Program-made: the position numbers and the translations under genes
Source of the DNA: Planctomycetota bacterium
GTDB lineage: Bacteria; Planctomycetota; JAMOSO01
Assembly (NCBI GenBank): GCA_027063065.1
Contig: JAMOSO010000050.1
Location: forward strand, 26,243 to 90,242
Direction of reading: 5' to 3'
DNA: 64,000 nucleotides
Shown: in pieces, positions 9,799 through 19,600 of the stretch
Numbering within the stretch: position 1 is the first letter of the stretch
Layout: every line of letters starts with the position of its first letter
Notes under the pieces: model-generated
What the model saw: only the letters and a program-made list of their open reading frames with translations
Told to the model about the DNA's origin: nothing
Database searches by the model: none

Positions 9799-11078
9799 AA
9801 CGATATGTATTTTCCGTTCAATAGCACAGCAATAGCTCGTCCAGAGGCATGGTACCCATCAAATGGACAATTAGCGCTATTAGAATAAAACTTATCCGTA
9901 TCAATTGTATTGGCTAATTTAGTATCAATAATGGTTATATCTGCAACAGAACCTTCTTTAAGCTCTCCCCCGTCTAATTGTAAAATTTTAGCTGGGTTAA
10001 AACTTAATTTTTGAATTAACTTGGCTATAGTTAATTTGCCTCGACCGACAGCTTGTGTCAACAATACTGGCAATGTTGATTCTAACCCTATAGCCCCAAA
10101 CGGTGCAGCTAAAAACTCTTGTTGTTTTTCTTCTAAACCAACAGGATTGTGATGAGAACTAATCGCATCGATTGTACCATCAACTAAACCCTGCATTAAA
10201 GCATCGCGATGTTCTTTACCACGCAATGGAGGATAAACTTTAAAGCTAGTATTAAAATCTTGTATACAAATATCGCTCAAAAATAAATTATGAGGCGTTA
10301 CATCACAGGTAACTTTAACACCATTTTTTTTTGCTTCTCTAATTAACTCTACTGATTTGCGACTAGAAATTCCAGCAACATGCAAATGCGCACCTGTAGC
10401 CTCAGCCAATGCTAAATCTCGATATAATCTCAATTCTTCTACCAAAGGCGCAATCCCTGAAAAACCTAACTCGGTGGCAACATCTCCAGCAGCCATCACA
10501 CCACTGCCAATCATAGAAGCATCACGGCAAAAAGAAATAATTGGCTTACCACACATATCGGCATACTCTAACGCCCTATGCATAACACCACTATGCTCAA
10601 CAGAAGAATCAGCATCGCTAAACGCAACTGCACCAGCTCTGGATAATAATCCCATTTCAGTTAAACGCTCTCCATCTAATCCAACTGTAATTGCCCCAAC
10701 AGGATAACATTTAGCACTATGGGCTCGTCTTGCTTGATTGCTAACAAACTCTACTGATGCTTCATTATCAATAGGAGTTTCAGTATCAGCCATCATCACA
10801 ACCGCTGTAAATCCACCGTGTAACGCTGCGGATAATCCAGATTTTATAGTTTCTTCTTCATCGCGACCTGGCTCACGAAAATGCACATTCATATCAATTA
10901 AACCTGGAGCAATAATCTTATCTGTACAATCAATTATTTTTGCTGATTTGATATCTTCAGAATTTAAATCAGATGATATCTTAATAATTTTTTTACCTTC
11001 TAATAGTATATCTGCTTTTATTTCTTTAGCTTTAGAGACATCAATTACTCTGCCACCTTGTAAAATTGTTTTAGACAT
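9795..11078 (-). CDS. pyrC: Dihydroorotase (class I)
   Basis: 427 aa. DMNVHFREPG and a metal-binding His/Asp pattern. It is adjacent to pyrB. Confidence 0.9.
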   Translation of the reverse strand: MSKTILQGGRVIDVSKAKEIKADILLEGKKIIKISSDLNSEDIKSAKIIDCTDKIIAPGLIDMNVHFREPGRDEEETIKSGLSAALHGGFTAVVMMADTETPIDNEASVEFVSNQARRAHSAKCYPVGAITVGLDGERLTEMGLLSRAGAVAFSDADSSVEHSGVMHRALEYADMCGKPIISFCRDASMIGSGVMAAGDVATELGFSGIAPLVEELRLYRDLALAEATGAHLHVAGISSRKSVELIREAKKNGVKVTCDVTPHNLFLSDICIQDFNTSFKVYPPLRGKEHRDALMQGLVDGTIDAISSHHNPVGLEEKQQEFLAAPFGAIGLESTLPVLLTQAVGRGKLTIAKLIQKLSFNPAKILQLDGGELKEGSVADITIIDTKLANTIDTDKFYSNSANCPFDGYHASGRAIAVLLNGKYISL

Positions 11079-12000
11079 CTATGCGACTCCCATTTAACAA
11101 GTAAAATACTGCCATTCGACAAGCCAAACCATTAGAAACCTGTTGCAAAATAACAGAATTTTTACTATCGGCAACCTCTGCTGTCATTTCCACACCTCTA
11201 TTGATGGGGCCTGGATGCATTACTACTAAATTTTTGCTAGCTTTTTTTAAACGATCTCTATTCATACCAAACAATAACGCATATTCACGCAAAGACGGAA
11301 AGTTACTACGACCTTGCCTTTCCATCTGAATACGCAAACAATTTACAACATCCACTTTTTTAATAGTTTCATCTAAATTATAACTAATTTCTACACCCAT
11401 CTTAGCTATCGATTTTGGGATTAAAGTAGGCGGACCTACCACCGTTACCTTTGCGCCTAATTTTAATAAGCCAAAAATATTAGAACGAGCCACACGACTA
11501 TGACGTATATCACCTACTATAGCTACCTTAACTCCTTCAAGCGTGCCTAACTTTTCTCTGATAGTAAAAATATCTAACAATCCTTGGGTTGGATGCTCAT
11601 GGCACCCATCTCCAGCATTGACAATTGCGCAATTTAAATGCTTGGCTAAAATTTGCGGTACACCTGGGCAACTATGACGAACAACTACCATATCCACACC
11701 CATAGCTTCTATATTAGAAGCCGTGTCAATTAATGTTTCGCCTTTACTCAAAGAACTACCAGACTTATTAAATTGAATTAAATCCGCGCTTAAACGCTGA
11801 GCAGCCAATTGAAACGACATAGATGTTCTAGTACTAGGCTCAAAAAACAACAATGCTACGGTTCGACCTTGCAATGCAGGAACCTTTTTAATACTGCGTG
11901 TAGAAACCTCTTTTAAACCCTCAGCAGTATCCAAAATCATATTTAACTCATTGCGATCTAAATCTTTTAGACCCAATAGATGTTTTTTTGTCCACTTCAC
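11071..12000 (-). CDS. pyrB: Aspartate carbamoyltransferase catalytic subunit
   Basis: STRTS carbamoyl-phosphate motif (FFEPSTRTSMSF), plus HPTQ and HPGP motifs. Confidence 0.93.
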   Translation of the reverse strand: MKWTKKHLLGLKDLDRNELNMILDTAEGLKEVSTRSIKKVPALQGRTVALLFFEPSTRTSMSFQLAAQRLSADLIQFNKSGSSLSKGETLIDTASNIEAMGVDMVVVRHSCPGVPQILAKHLNCAIVNAGDGCHEHPTQGLLDIFTIREKLGTLEGVKVAIVGDIRHSRVARSNIFGLLKLGAKVTVVGPPTLIPKSIAKMGVEISYNLDETIKKVDVVNCLRIQMERQGRSNFPSLREYALLFGMNRDRLKKASKNLVVMHPGPINRGVEMTAEVADSKNSVILQQVSNGLACRMAVFYLLNGSRIDV

Positions 12001-12011
12001 CTAGTCCTCCT

Positions 12012-12539
12012 TTAACTTATTTGACTATTGTTTGTGAAATAAATACCATCGTCTTCACCGCCATTATAGATAACTTCTATTTTATTTGTATGAGACTCTT
12101 CTATTGTTAAACCAACATAATCTGCCTGAATAGGCAATTCACGACCATGTCTATTAACCAACGTGACCAAACGTATCAGGCGTGGTCTTCCCAAGGCCAT
12201 AACCTGATCTATTGCTGCTCTGATTGTTCGTCCAGTAAATAAAACTTCATCTACCAATATAACTGTTTTATTTTCTAAACTAAAATTAATATCTGTTCCC
12301 TCAAGCGGTACATCTGGCAATCGTTTATGAATATCATCGCGATACAAAGAAACATCAATATAACCAACATCTAATTTATCTGTTTTATTCTGTAACTCCT
12401 TAGCCAAGGCATCAACGACTTTTACACCACCTTTACGAACACCCAACAAACAAAAATTATCACCACAGTTTTGCAATATTTTTACAGATAATTGTTTGAT
12501 TATTTTGTTTAATTCTTCACTATCTAAATACTTTTTCAT
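12012..12539 (-). CDS. pyrR: PyrR bifunctional pyrimidine regulator / uracil phosphoribosyltransferase
   Basis: PRTase motif VILVDEVLFTGRTIRAA. The ORF extends to 12566, so the start is ambiguous. Confidence 0.8.
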   Translation of the reverse strand: MKKYLDSEELNKIIKQLSVKILQNCGDNFCLLGVRKGGVKVVDALAKELQNKTDKLDVGYIDVSLYRDDIHKRLPDVPLEGTDINFSLENKTVILVDEVLFTGRTIRAAIDQVMALGRPRLIRLVTLVNRHGRELPIQADYVGLTIEESHTNKIEVIYNGGEDDGIYFTNNSQIS

Positions 12540-13596
12540 TATTTTTATATAACTCCATTGCCTCATTAATTTTGTCTTTTTCTAATATTTTACATAGCTT
12601 TTTAACAATCTCATATTGTTTTTTTGAAAAACAAACAGTATCGCCTATTTTAGGTAAAGAATAAGGATACAATCTATGCAATAACGATTTTTTAATTTGT
12701 TCTAAACCATCACCTGTAACAGAAGAAAACTTAATTGCATCATCTGGCAACATTTGCAATACATCATTATTAGCCAAATCTAATTTACTATAAAAATTCA
12801 ATACTTCATCATTTGGATTAAAATCTATTGGCAAGGCTTTATCTAAAGGATAAAAATTAACAATAACATCTGCTTCGGACAATAATGTTTCAAAATGATT
12901 ATAAGACTGAAGATCCTGCATAGCATTGTCAAAATCACCAGAACCTGGAGTGTCATATAATTCGATTTCTATACCATTTAAAATGACAGAGGCACTTAAA
13001 GCATCGCGCGTTGTATAACATACATTAGACACAAGAGCCAATTGTTTATCTACTAAAATATTAAACAATGTGGATTTGCCAGCATTGGTCGGACCTGTCA
13101 AAAAAACAGCATGGGTTTGTTGTGCCAAAACAGCATAATAACTATGTTGATATAAAAGCTCTAATCGTTTTTTATCACAAGAAACTATAGCATTCTCAAC
13201 AACATACTTTAACTGGTTTATATTAGTAGCAGCAAATAGATGACAGGCAAAACGACTTCTAGCCAACCTCAAAGCCCGCAATTGAGAAGAATCATCGCTG
13301 TTACAAGCTTCATATGCTCCCTCAGCAATTAAAAAATGTACTAATTTAGACAAAATTGCCTGTGAAGCATGTAAATACAAAAAGTATTTACTATCACGAA
13401 AACAAACCAAAGCTTCGTCTAACGGCTCGCCATCAATACTTATAGATATTAAATAATTTTTATTTTCAACAGGATTTAAAATAGCCGTATTTGCTGGCAC
13501 TAATTTAGCTATTATTTGATTAGCATCTGTACCAAATACAGTTACTACTGTTATGGCTGAACCAGTGCTAGGATTTAAAATAGAATAATTAATCAT
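12520..13596 (-). CDS. MnmE/TrmE-like GTPase lacking the C-terminal CxGK motif
   Basis: The N-terminal domain resembles the MnmE formyl-THF-binding domain (ITVVTVFG...IDGEPLDEALV). The G domain has GPTNAGKSTLFN...TTRD...DTPG. The C-terminal helical domain ends without CIGK. The ORF extends to 13617. Confidence 0.6.
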   Translation of the reverse strand: MINYSILNPSTGSAITVVTVFGTDANQIIAKLVPANTAILNPVENKNYLISISIDGEPLDEALVCFRDSKYFLYLHASQAILSKLVHFLIAEGAYEACNSDDSSQLRALRLARSRFACHLFAATNINQLKYVVENAIVSCDKKRLELLYQHSYYAVLAQQTHAVFLTGPTNAGKSTLFNILVDKQLALVSNVCYTTRDALSASVILNGIEIELYDTPGSGDFDNAMQDLQSYNHFETLLSEADVIVNFYPLDKALPIDFNPNDEVLNFYSKLDLANNDVLQMLPDDAIKFSSVTGDGLEQIKKSLLHRLYPYSLPKIGDTVCFSKKQYEIVKKLCKILEKDKINEAMELYKNNEKVFR

Positions 13597-13659
13597 ACTT
13601 ATAGAATACCATAGCAAAAAAAATTAGCACTGTTTTTTGTGTGATGTAGCAAAAACTAT

Positions 13660-15585
13660 TCAGTCACCAATTTTATACAAAATCAAACCTTGATTAGATG
13701 CTCCCGCCTTTGGCCAAACACGCTCTGAATTTGCCACAATCTTAGACAATTCTTTTAAGGAACTTACTGGCAAATACCCTGTATACCGCTTACCTTTATA
13801 CATATACGCATAAGAGTTTTGATAGCGATTTAACTCGGCATAATCTACTAAAAAATATTTAATTTTCTGTAATTGTAAATACTTTACAAAACCATTTTTT
13901 AAAATATTTTCTAACTCTACTGACATAAATACAGTTTGATATTTAAACGATATGTCCAATGGATAATAATAACTTTTAGCATCTGCTACACTAAAAACCT
14001 TATCTATTTGAGGATGCTTTTCTAAATACTTAATTAAACCAAATTGTGATAAACTAGTTTTAAAATAAGCATCATAAGATTGACTACCAATTAAAACTGG
14101 TATTTTTAAGCGCATACAATAAATGCTAATTACTAGATTAGTGAAAATAGAAATTAAAACAAATCCATAAATTATCCGTTTGCCAAATAATTTAACTAAT
14201 TCAAAAAAACCAACCGAAACAAATACCATTATCAACAGATATGCGGGATATAAAAATCTAGCAATGCGATGAGTCGCCACAACCCAAAGCACTAGCCATA
14301 TAATAGCAGATAAACAAAATAATCTTGCAGATTTATTTTTGAATAAAAACTTCCATGACATAAAAAACAAAAAAATTACTATAGGTGAGATAACCCAATA
14401 ATGGTTTAACCCATCAGCTATAGACATTAAAAAACTTGTATCAGAATGATATTTATGCGCCCAATTCCAACGCGCAACATCAGAGGCGCGCATTGTACCT
14501 GAAGGTAAAAAATTACATAACAATGGATAAAATGGATTTCCTGTATTAAACCAGTTAAACCACAGCCATGGATTAATAACTATTGGTACAATTATGATTT
14601 GCACACAAGTTATTATTTTTTGACAACCATAATCACCTAAAAAAATAAACACACAAATAATAGGCAACCCAAAAAACAACATATTATATTTAACACACGA
14701 TCCTATACATACCAATAAAATGATTGCTAAAGTATTTTTTTTATCTACACCTTTAATAACAAAATAAATACTACTTAAAAAACACAAACTCAATGGTATT
14801 TCTACATAAAATTTTTGAGCTAATATGATAGTCCAGGGCATCAACACTACTAGTAATGCCGACATAAAAGCATTAATACGTTTTAAGCTAATATGCAATG
14901 TTATTTGATATACAACAATAACTAAACCTATAGTCAACCAAACATTGATATACTGTACTATAATCGAAGTGATAATCTGATCGCGAGTGGCACTCAAGAG
15001 TAAATAAGCCAATGTTTCCATTGCCTGTGGAAAGGCAGCATAAATATTATTATGTAAAAATGTAATTTTCCCTAGACGCACATAATCGGCCGGCACACCC
15101 AAATGATATTCTAAAACATCAAAATCTAAAGCTGGCACCGATGCAAATGCAAAAAGCAAAAACAATAATAAACCAATAAAAAACACAAAAAACAACTCTT
15201 CTGATTTATAACTGTTTAAACTTTTAAGCCATCTAACAATAAAATAATAATAACTTTTAATAATACGCCAACCAAACAGGCTCGGCGAAATTAAAATCAA
15301 TACCGCTGTTATATCATCAATTAACCCGGCAAGTCCCAAAACAAAAGCAATAACTGCAAGCAACCATAACCCACCCATAAACCTCGACACTTGACCAACT
15401 AAACCGTCGCCAAAAACAGGCTTAAATACAAACCCCAACACACCTGCACTAGAAATTAAAACGCCCGTTAAAAGCAAAGAGACAAACGGCAACAACCACA
15501 AAGACAGCACAACCTGAGCCGCCTGATTAAAGCCATAGAACAGACACGAAGCCAACAAAAAGAATATTAGGATAGTTTTCTGCAT
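13660..15585 (-). CDS. Large polytopic membrane protein, possibly a GT-C-type glycosyltransferase (speculative)
   Basis: 641 aa with about 13 predicted TM helices and a C-terminal soluble domain of about 150 aa. I found no diagnostic catalytic motif. Confidence 0.45.
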   Translation of the reverse strand: MQKTILIFFLLASCLFYGFNQAAQVVLSLWLLPFVSLLLTGVLISSAGVLGFVFKPVFGDGLVGQVSRFMGGLWLLAVIAFVLGLAGLIDDITAVLILISPSLFGWRIIKSYYYFIVRWLKSLNSYKSEELFFVFFIGLLLFLLFAFASVPALDFDVLEYHLGVPADYVRLGKITFLHNNIYAAFPQAMETLAYLLLSATRDQIITSIIVQYINVWLTIGLVIVVYQITLHISLKRINAFMSALLVVLMPWTIILAQKFYVEIPLSLCFLSSIYFVIKGVDKKNTLAIILLVCIGSCVKYNMLFFGLPIICVFIFLGDYGCQKIITCVQIIIVPIVINPWLWFNWFNTGNPFYPLLCNFLPSGTMRASDVARWNWAHKYHSDTSFLMSIADGLNHYWVISPIVIFLFFMSWKFLFKNKSARLFCLSAIIWLVLWVVATHRIARFLYPAYLLIMVFVSVGFFELVKLFGKRIIYGFVLISIFTNLVISIYCMRLKIPVLIGSQSYDAYFKTSLSQFGLIKYLEKHPQIDKVFSVADAKSYYYPLDISFKYQTVFMSVELENILKNGFVKYLQLQKIKYFLVDYAELNRYQNSYAYMYKGKRYTGYLPVSSLKELSKIVANSERVWPKAGASNQGLILYKIGD

Positions 15586-15707
15586 TTTTTTATTGTAACA
15601 AAAAAAATTAAATTTGTCCTACAAGGATTTCATCTACACCGTAAAAGTATTGACATACCATAGACAATACTTTTAAGTAAATAAAAACTTAATTTAATGG
15701 AGCGTTT

Positions 15708-16688
15708 ATGTCTGATTCAGTAAGAGTAACAATAACTGGTGCCGCTGGTCAAATTGGCTATGCACTTTTATTTCGCATTGCAAGCGGGCAAATGTTTGGC
15801 GCTGACACCAAAATTGATTTAAATCTTTTAGAGTTAGAACTAGCTATGAAAACATTAAAAGGCATAGCCATGGAATTAGACGACTGTGCATTTCCATTGT
15901 TAAATTCTATCACTTGCACCAATGACTTAAACGAAGGCTTTAAAGATACTGATTGGGCATTACTTGTTGGTGCTGTCCCTCGCAAAGACGGCATAGAACG
16001 TGCAGATTTGCTCAACATCAATGGAAATGTATTCACAGAGCAAGGTGCAGCAATCAAAGCCAATGCCAAATCTAGCTGTAAAGTACTTGTAGTTGGCAAC
16101 CCTTGTAACACAAACGCCTTAATCTGTCATAACGCATCAGATTTGCCTAATAAACAAATTTTTGCAATGACAATGTTAGACCAAAACAGAGCCCATACAC
16201 AACTAGCTCAAAAAGCAGGAGTAGATGTTAGTAAAGTTAAAAACTTAGCTATTTGGGGTAACCATTCGCCGTCGATGTTTGCAGACTTTGCCAATGCTAC
16301 AATAAACAATCAACCATTATGCGAAGTTATCACAGACCATAATTGGCTAGAGAGTGAATTTTTAGAAACAGTTGGAAAACGCGGAAGCGCAATTATAAAA
16401 ACTAGAGGCGCATCATCAGCCGCTTCGGCAGCCAATGCTATTATTGATACTGTACGTAAATTAACTACACCTACACCAGAAGGTGAATTTTTTAGCGTTT
16501 GCGTGCCAAGTGATGGTTCTTACGGAACTCCACAAGGTTTAATTTCTTCTTTTCCTGTTCGTAGCAATGGAACTGACTATGAAATCATACAAGGCTTAAA
16601 ACATAATGATTTTGCAAAAAATAAATTAAAAGCAACATTTGACGAATTAAGTCGAGAACGGGACGCCGTTTCTAATCTATTAAAATAA
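15708..16688 (+). CDS. mdh: Malate dehydrogenase (NAD-dependent, cytosolic/Thermus type)
   Basis: [18 protein letters not shown]ossmann motif and the VGNPCNT motif. A GGAG SD is present. Confidence 0.92.
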   Translation: MSDSVRVTITGAAGQIGYALLFRIASGQMFGADTKIDLNLLELELAMKTLKGIAMELDDCAFPLLNSITCTNDLNEGFKDTDWALLVGAVPRKDGIERADLLNINGNVFTEQGAAIKANAKSSCKVLVVGNPCNTNALICHNASDLPNKQIFAMTMLDQNRAHTQLAQKAGVDVSKVKNLAIWGNHSPSMFADFANATINNQPLCEVITDHNWLESEFLETVGKRGSAIIKTRGASSAASAANAIIDTVRKLTTPTPEGEFFSVCVPSDGSYGTPQGLISSFPVRSNGTDYEIIQGLKHNDFAKNKLKATFDELSRERDAVSNLLK

Positions 16689-16721
16689 ATTCAAGGGCGC
16701 ATTTATGTACTCCCATATAAA

Positions 16722-17909
16722 ATGATTTATAAAAATCGCATTGCCATTTTAGGCGACTTACACTACGAACCACAAATAGCGCCAATATATAGACGTGCTA
16801 TGTATCAAATCTTAAAATACAAACCAAGCAGACTATTTAACCTTGGCGATATTGGAGGATATTCTTACGCAGGAAGTCCACAAAGCTTTGAAGATGGTTT
16901 TCAATATTTATCTGATTTTAGTATCCCTTTTCATCCCTTAATTGGCAACCATGATTTAGAACACCTAAATTTTGCAACTGATGCAGAAGCCATAAACTCT
17001 TGGTGCTATAGTTTTGCCAAACCAAAACCATATTATTTCGTTAAATTACCAAATGCTATTGGGATTGTCTTATCGTCTACAATTTTTAGAGAAGCAAAAA
17101 ATTGCTGCCATGAAATAACAATTGATTCTGTGCAAATCCAATGGTTAAAAAAAACTTTACAAAAATACAAACACCTGCCTACATTCATATTTTCTCATGC
17201 ACCTATTGCCGGCACAGGAATTAGAGTTATACAAGATATTCATTTAACAGCCCCCAATGCTTACTTAAACAACACTAATAACCCATTACAATTTATTAAA
17301 TTAATAAAACATAACCCTCAAATCAAATTGTGGTTTTCTGCTCATAATCACTTAGGACATAATTATAAAAACACAATCACAGTTAAAGAATCATGCACTT
17401 TTGTTCACACAGGCACTATTAGCCCTGTCAGTCGCGATAAAACATTTCATACAAGATTTTTGGAATTTGATAAAACTGGATTTACAATTTGCACACTCGA
17501 CCATACCAGTGGCGAGTATTTAAAAGATTTTGAATTTATATTTAAAGATAATGATTATAAATTTTTAAGGGATTTTAAAGAGCCTGATTTCAATCACGTC
17601 ATAGCACCAGATTTAAATAACTATAAAAACCTTTTACAAATTGGCGATAGTGCTTTTATTGTAAATAAAAATATGATAGTCGAATATGATTTTAAAACAA
17701 AAACTGCCTTGGGCGTTGTGGCAAAAAACATAAGTAATACCATAGTTTTAACAGAGCATAATAACAATTTAGTAATTAAAAAAGACAATCAAATCGTTGC
17801 TACATATAAACGCAATTGCTACGGTTGGTTTTTTAATGTCTTTTTTAAAAATGATTGGAAAACACTAATTGCCAATTTAGAAAACAAAACTTCTGATGCA
17901 AAGCATTAA
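16722..17909 (+). CDS. Calcineurin-like metallophosphoesterase with a C-terminal domain of unknown function
   Basis: GDLHY...GDIGG...GNHD motifs in the N-terminal 230 aa. The 160-aa C-terminal region has no homologue I recognise. Confidence 0.6.
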   Translation: MIYKNRIAILGDLHYEPQIAPIYRRAMYQILKYKPSRLFNLGDIGGYSYAGSPQSFEDGFQYLSDFSIPFHPLIGNHDLEHLNFATDAEAINSWCYSFAKPKPYYFVKLPNAIGIVLSSTIFREAKNCCHEITIDSVQIQWLKKTLQKYKHLPTFIFSHAPIAGTGIRVIQDIHLTAPNAYLNNTNNPLQFIKLIKHNPQIKLWFSAHNHLGHNYKNTITVKESCTFVHTGTISPVSRDKTFHTRFLEFDKTGFTICTLDHTSGEYLKDFEFIFKDNDYKFLRDFKEPDFNHVIAPDLNNYKNLLQIGDSAFIVNKNMIVEYDFKTKTALGVVAKNISNTIVLTEHNNNLVIKKDNQIVATYKRNCYGWFFNVFFKNDWKTLIANLENKTSDAKH

Positions 17910-17978
17910 CAAAAGGTGGCAAAGCAAATGCACTTTGGTATTATACATCCTAAATTTTAATTAAGATGGAGACATATT

Positions 17979-19202
17979 GTGGCAACAATTAACAGTAATT
18001 ACGATAAATTATCAGCTGGTTATCTTTTTCCAGAAATCGCTAGACGTACAAAAGAATTTTTAGCCAATAATAGTGATGCAAAAATCATGCGCTTAGGTAT
18101 TGGCGACACCACAGAAGCTTTACCAAATTCTGTAATTGAAAGCATTAAAAAAAGAGTAGAACAACTAGGTAACACCAATAGCTATAGTGGTTACGGTTCA
18201 TCAGAAGGAGAGGCCGAATTACGCAATGCTATCGCAAATTCTTATGCAAAATTAGGCGCAAATATTGCTGCCGAAGATATTTTTGTAAGCGATGGAGCCA
18301 AAGGTGATTCTGCAAATATCCAATCTGTTTTCGGTGTCGACAATATAGTAGCTGTTCAGGACCCTGCCTACCCTGTTTATGTTGATTCTAATGTAATTGC
18401 TGGACGAACCGGCAAAGCCACCGACGGCAATTATGCTGGATTAGTATATATGCCATGTACTGCAGAAAATAACTTTTTTCCAACACTACCTGATAGCAAA
18501 GTTGATATTATATACTTATGCAGTCCAAACAACCCTACTGGTGCTGTAGCTAATAAAGAACAACTTAAAACATTTGTCAATTATGCCTTAAAAAATAAGG
18601 CGGTCATTATTTTTGATGCTGCATACGCCGCCTTTATCAAAGACGATAATTTGCCAAAATCTATTTATGAAATTGAAGGTGCAAAAAAATGCGCTATTGA
18701 AATTAATTCATTTTCAAAAACAGCTGGCTTTACAGGTGTTCGTTTAGGCTGGTGTGTAGTGCCAAAAGATTTAGAAGTAGAAAATGCTGAAGCTGGCAAA
18801 ATACATGGGCTTTGGACTCGTCGTCAAAACACATTTTTTAATGGTGCATCTAACATAGTGCAATCTGGTGGACTAGCTGTATTTTCTGAACAAGGTCAAA
18901 AAGAAGTTAGTGAATTAGTCAATTATTATATGGAAAATGCACGCCTTATAAAAGAATGTTTAAATGCCAAAGGTCTAAAGACGTATGGTGGCGAAAACGC
19001 CCCTTATGTTTGGCTACAAACCTCTAACAACCTTACTTCTTGGGAATTCTTTGACAAATTACTTAATGAATGTCATGTGGTAGGCACTCCAGGAGCTGGT
19101 TTTGGACCTAGTGGAGAAGGCTATTTTAGACTTAGCTCTTTTGGACATCGTGAAGATGTTATATGCGCTATTGAGAGCATCAATAAAAATCTAAATATAT
19201 AA
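17979..19202 (+). CDS. dapL: LL-diaminopimelate aminotransferase (DapL)
   Basis: GTG start with a GGAG SD. The N-terminal NSNYDKLSAGYLFPEIARR matches the DapL family. The PLP lysine context SFSKTAGFTGVR is present. Length is 407 aa. Confidence 0.88.
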   Translation: MATINSNYDKLSAGYLFPEIARRTKEFLANNSDAKIMRLGIGDTTEALPNSVIESIKKRVEQLGNTNSYSGYGSSEGEAELRNAIANSYAKLGANIAAEDIFVSDGAKGDSANIQSVFGVDNIVAVQDPAYPVYVDSNVIAGRTGKATDGNYAGLVYMPCTAENNFFPTLPDSKVDIIYLCSPNNPTGAVANKEQLKTFVNYALKNKAVIIFDAAYAAFIKDDNLPKSIYEIEGAKKCAIEINSFSKTAGFTGVRLGWCVVPKDLEVENAEAGKIHGLWTRRQNTFFNGASNIVQSGGLAVFSEQGQKEVSELVNYYMENARLIKECLNAKGLKTYGGENAPYVWLQTSNNLTSWEFFDKLLNECHVVGTPGAGFGPSGEGYFRLSSFGHREDVICAIESINKNLNI

Positions 19203-19214
19203 TTAATATTCAGA

Positions 19215-19242
19215 TCCACGCATAGCACAACCTATGCGTGGA
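19215..19242 (+). terminator. GC-rich hairpin immediately after dapL. Possible terminator; no clean U tract.
   Basis: tccacgcatag-cacaac-ctatgcgtgga: an 11-bp perfect stem starting 13 nt after the dapL stop. Confidence 0.4.
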
Positions 19243-19477
19243 CATTATAAAAGGTAGCAACTTAAAACAAATTGTTAAAAAATATATGAATTTAGATAAA
19301 ATATTAGAAGATTTAGATCAAGATATTAAAAAAGATATTGCAGAAGCAACTAAAGACACATTTGATGCTATAAAAAATGCAAAAATGACTAGTGAACTTC
19401 GCAAGGTTTTAAAAAACAAACAAAGATACAAGCCCCCAAAACAAAAAGTATCACCAAATCATAAACGAGGATGTTAA
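19238..19477 (+). CDS. Hypothetical small K/D-rich helical protein (doubtful)
   Basis: 79-aa ORF in the dapL-ahcY gap. It has no SD and overlaps a hairpin. Its composition is like the local AT-rich DNA. Confidence 0.2.
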   Translation: MDIIKGSNLKQIVKKYMNLDKILEDLDQDIKKDIAEATKDTFDAIKNAKMTSELRKVLKNKQRYKPPKQKVSPNHKRGC

Positions 19478-19600
19478 ACGTGCTAAGGCATACAACGAAA
19501 GGTTGAGCAAGTACAACGCAACTCTCTTTGCTAGCTAAGTCATAAACCTTTAAACTAACGTTAATTAAAAATATTTATTGTTATTATTAAAGGAAATAAT

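Noticed and set aside
15650..15690. Sigma-70-like promoter (TTGACA-N17-TTTAAG) upstream of mdh
   Set aside because: Plausible but not distinguishable from chance in AT-rich DNA, so not reported as a feature.
19478..19600. Possible SAH riboswitch upstream of ahcY
   Set aside because: No match to the conserved SAH-element core and no convincing pseudoknot-forming helices. Left as unexplained leader.
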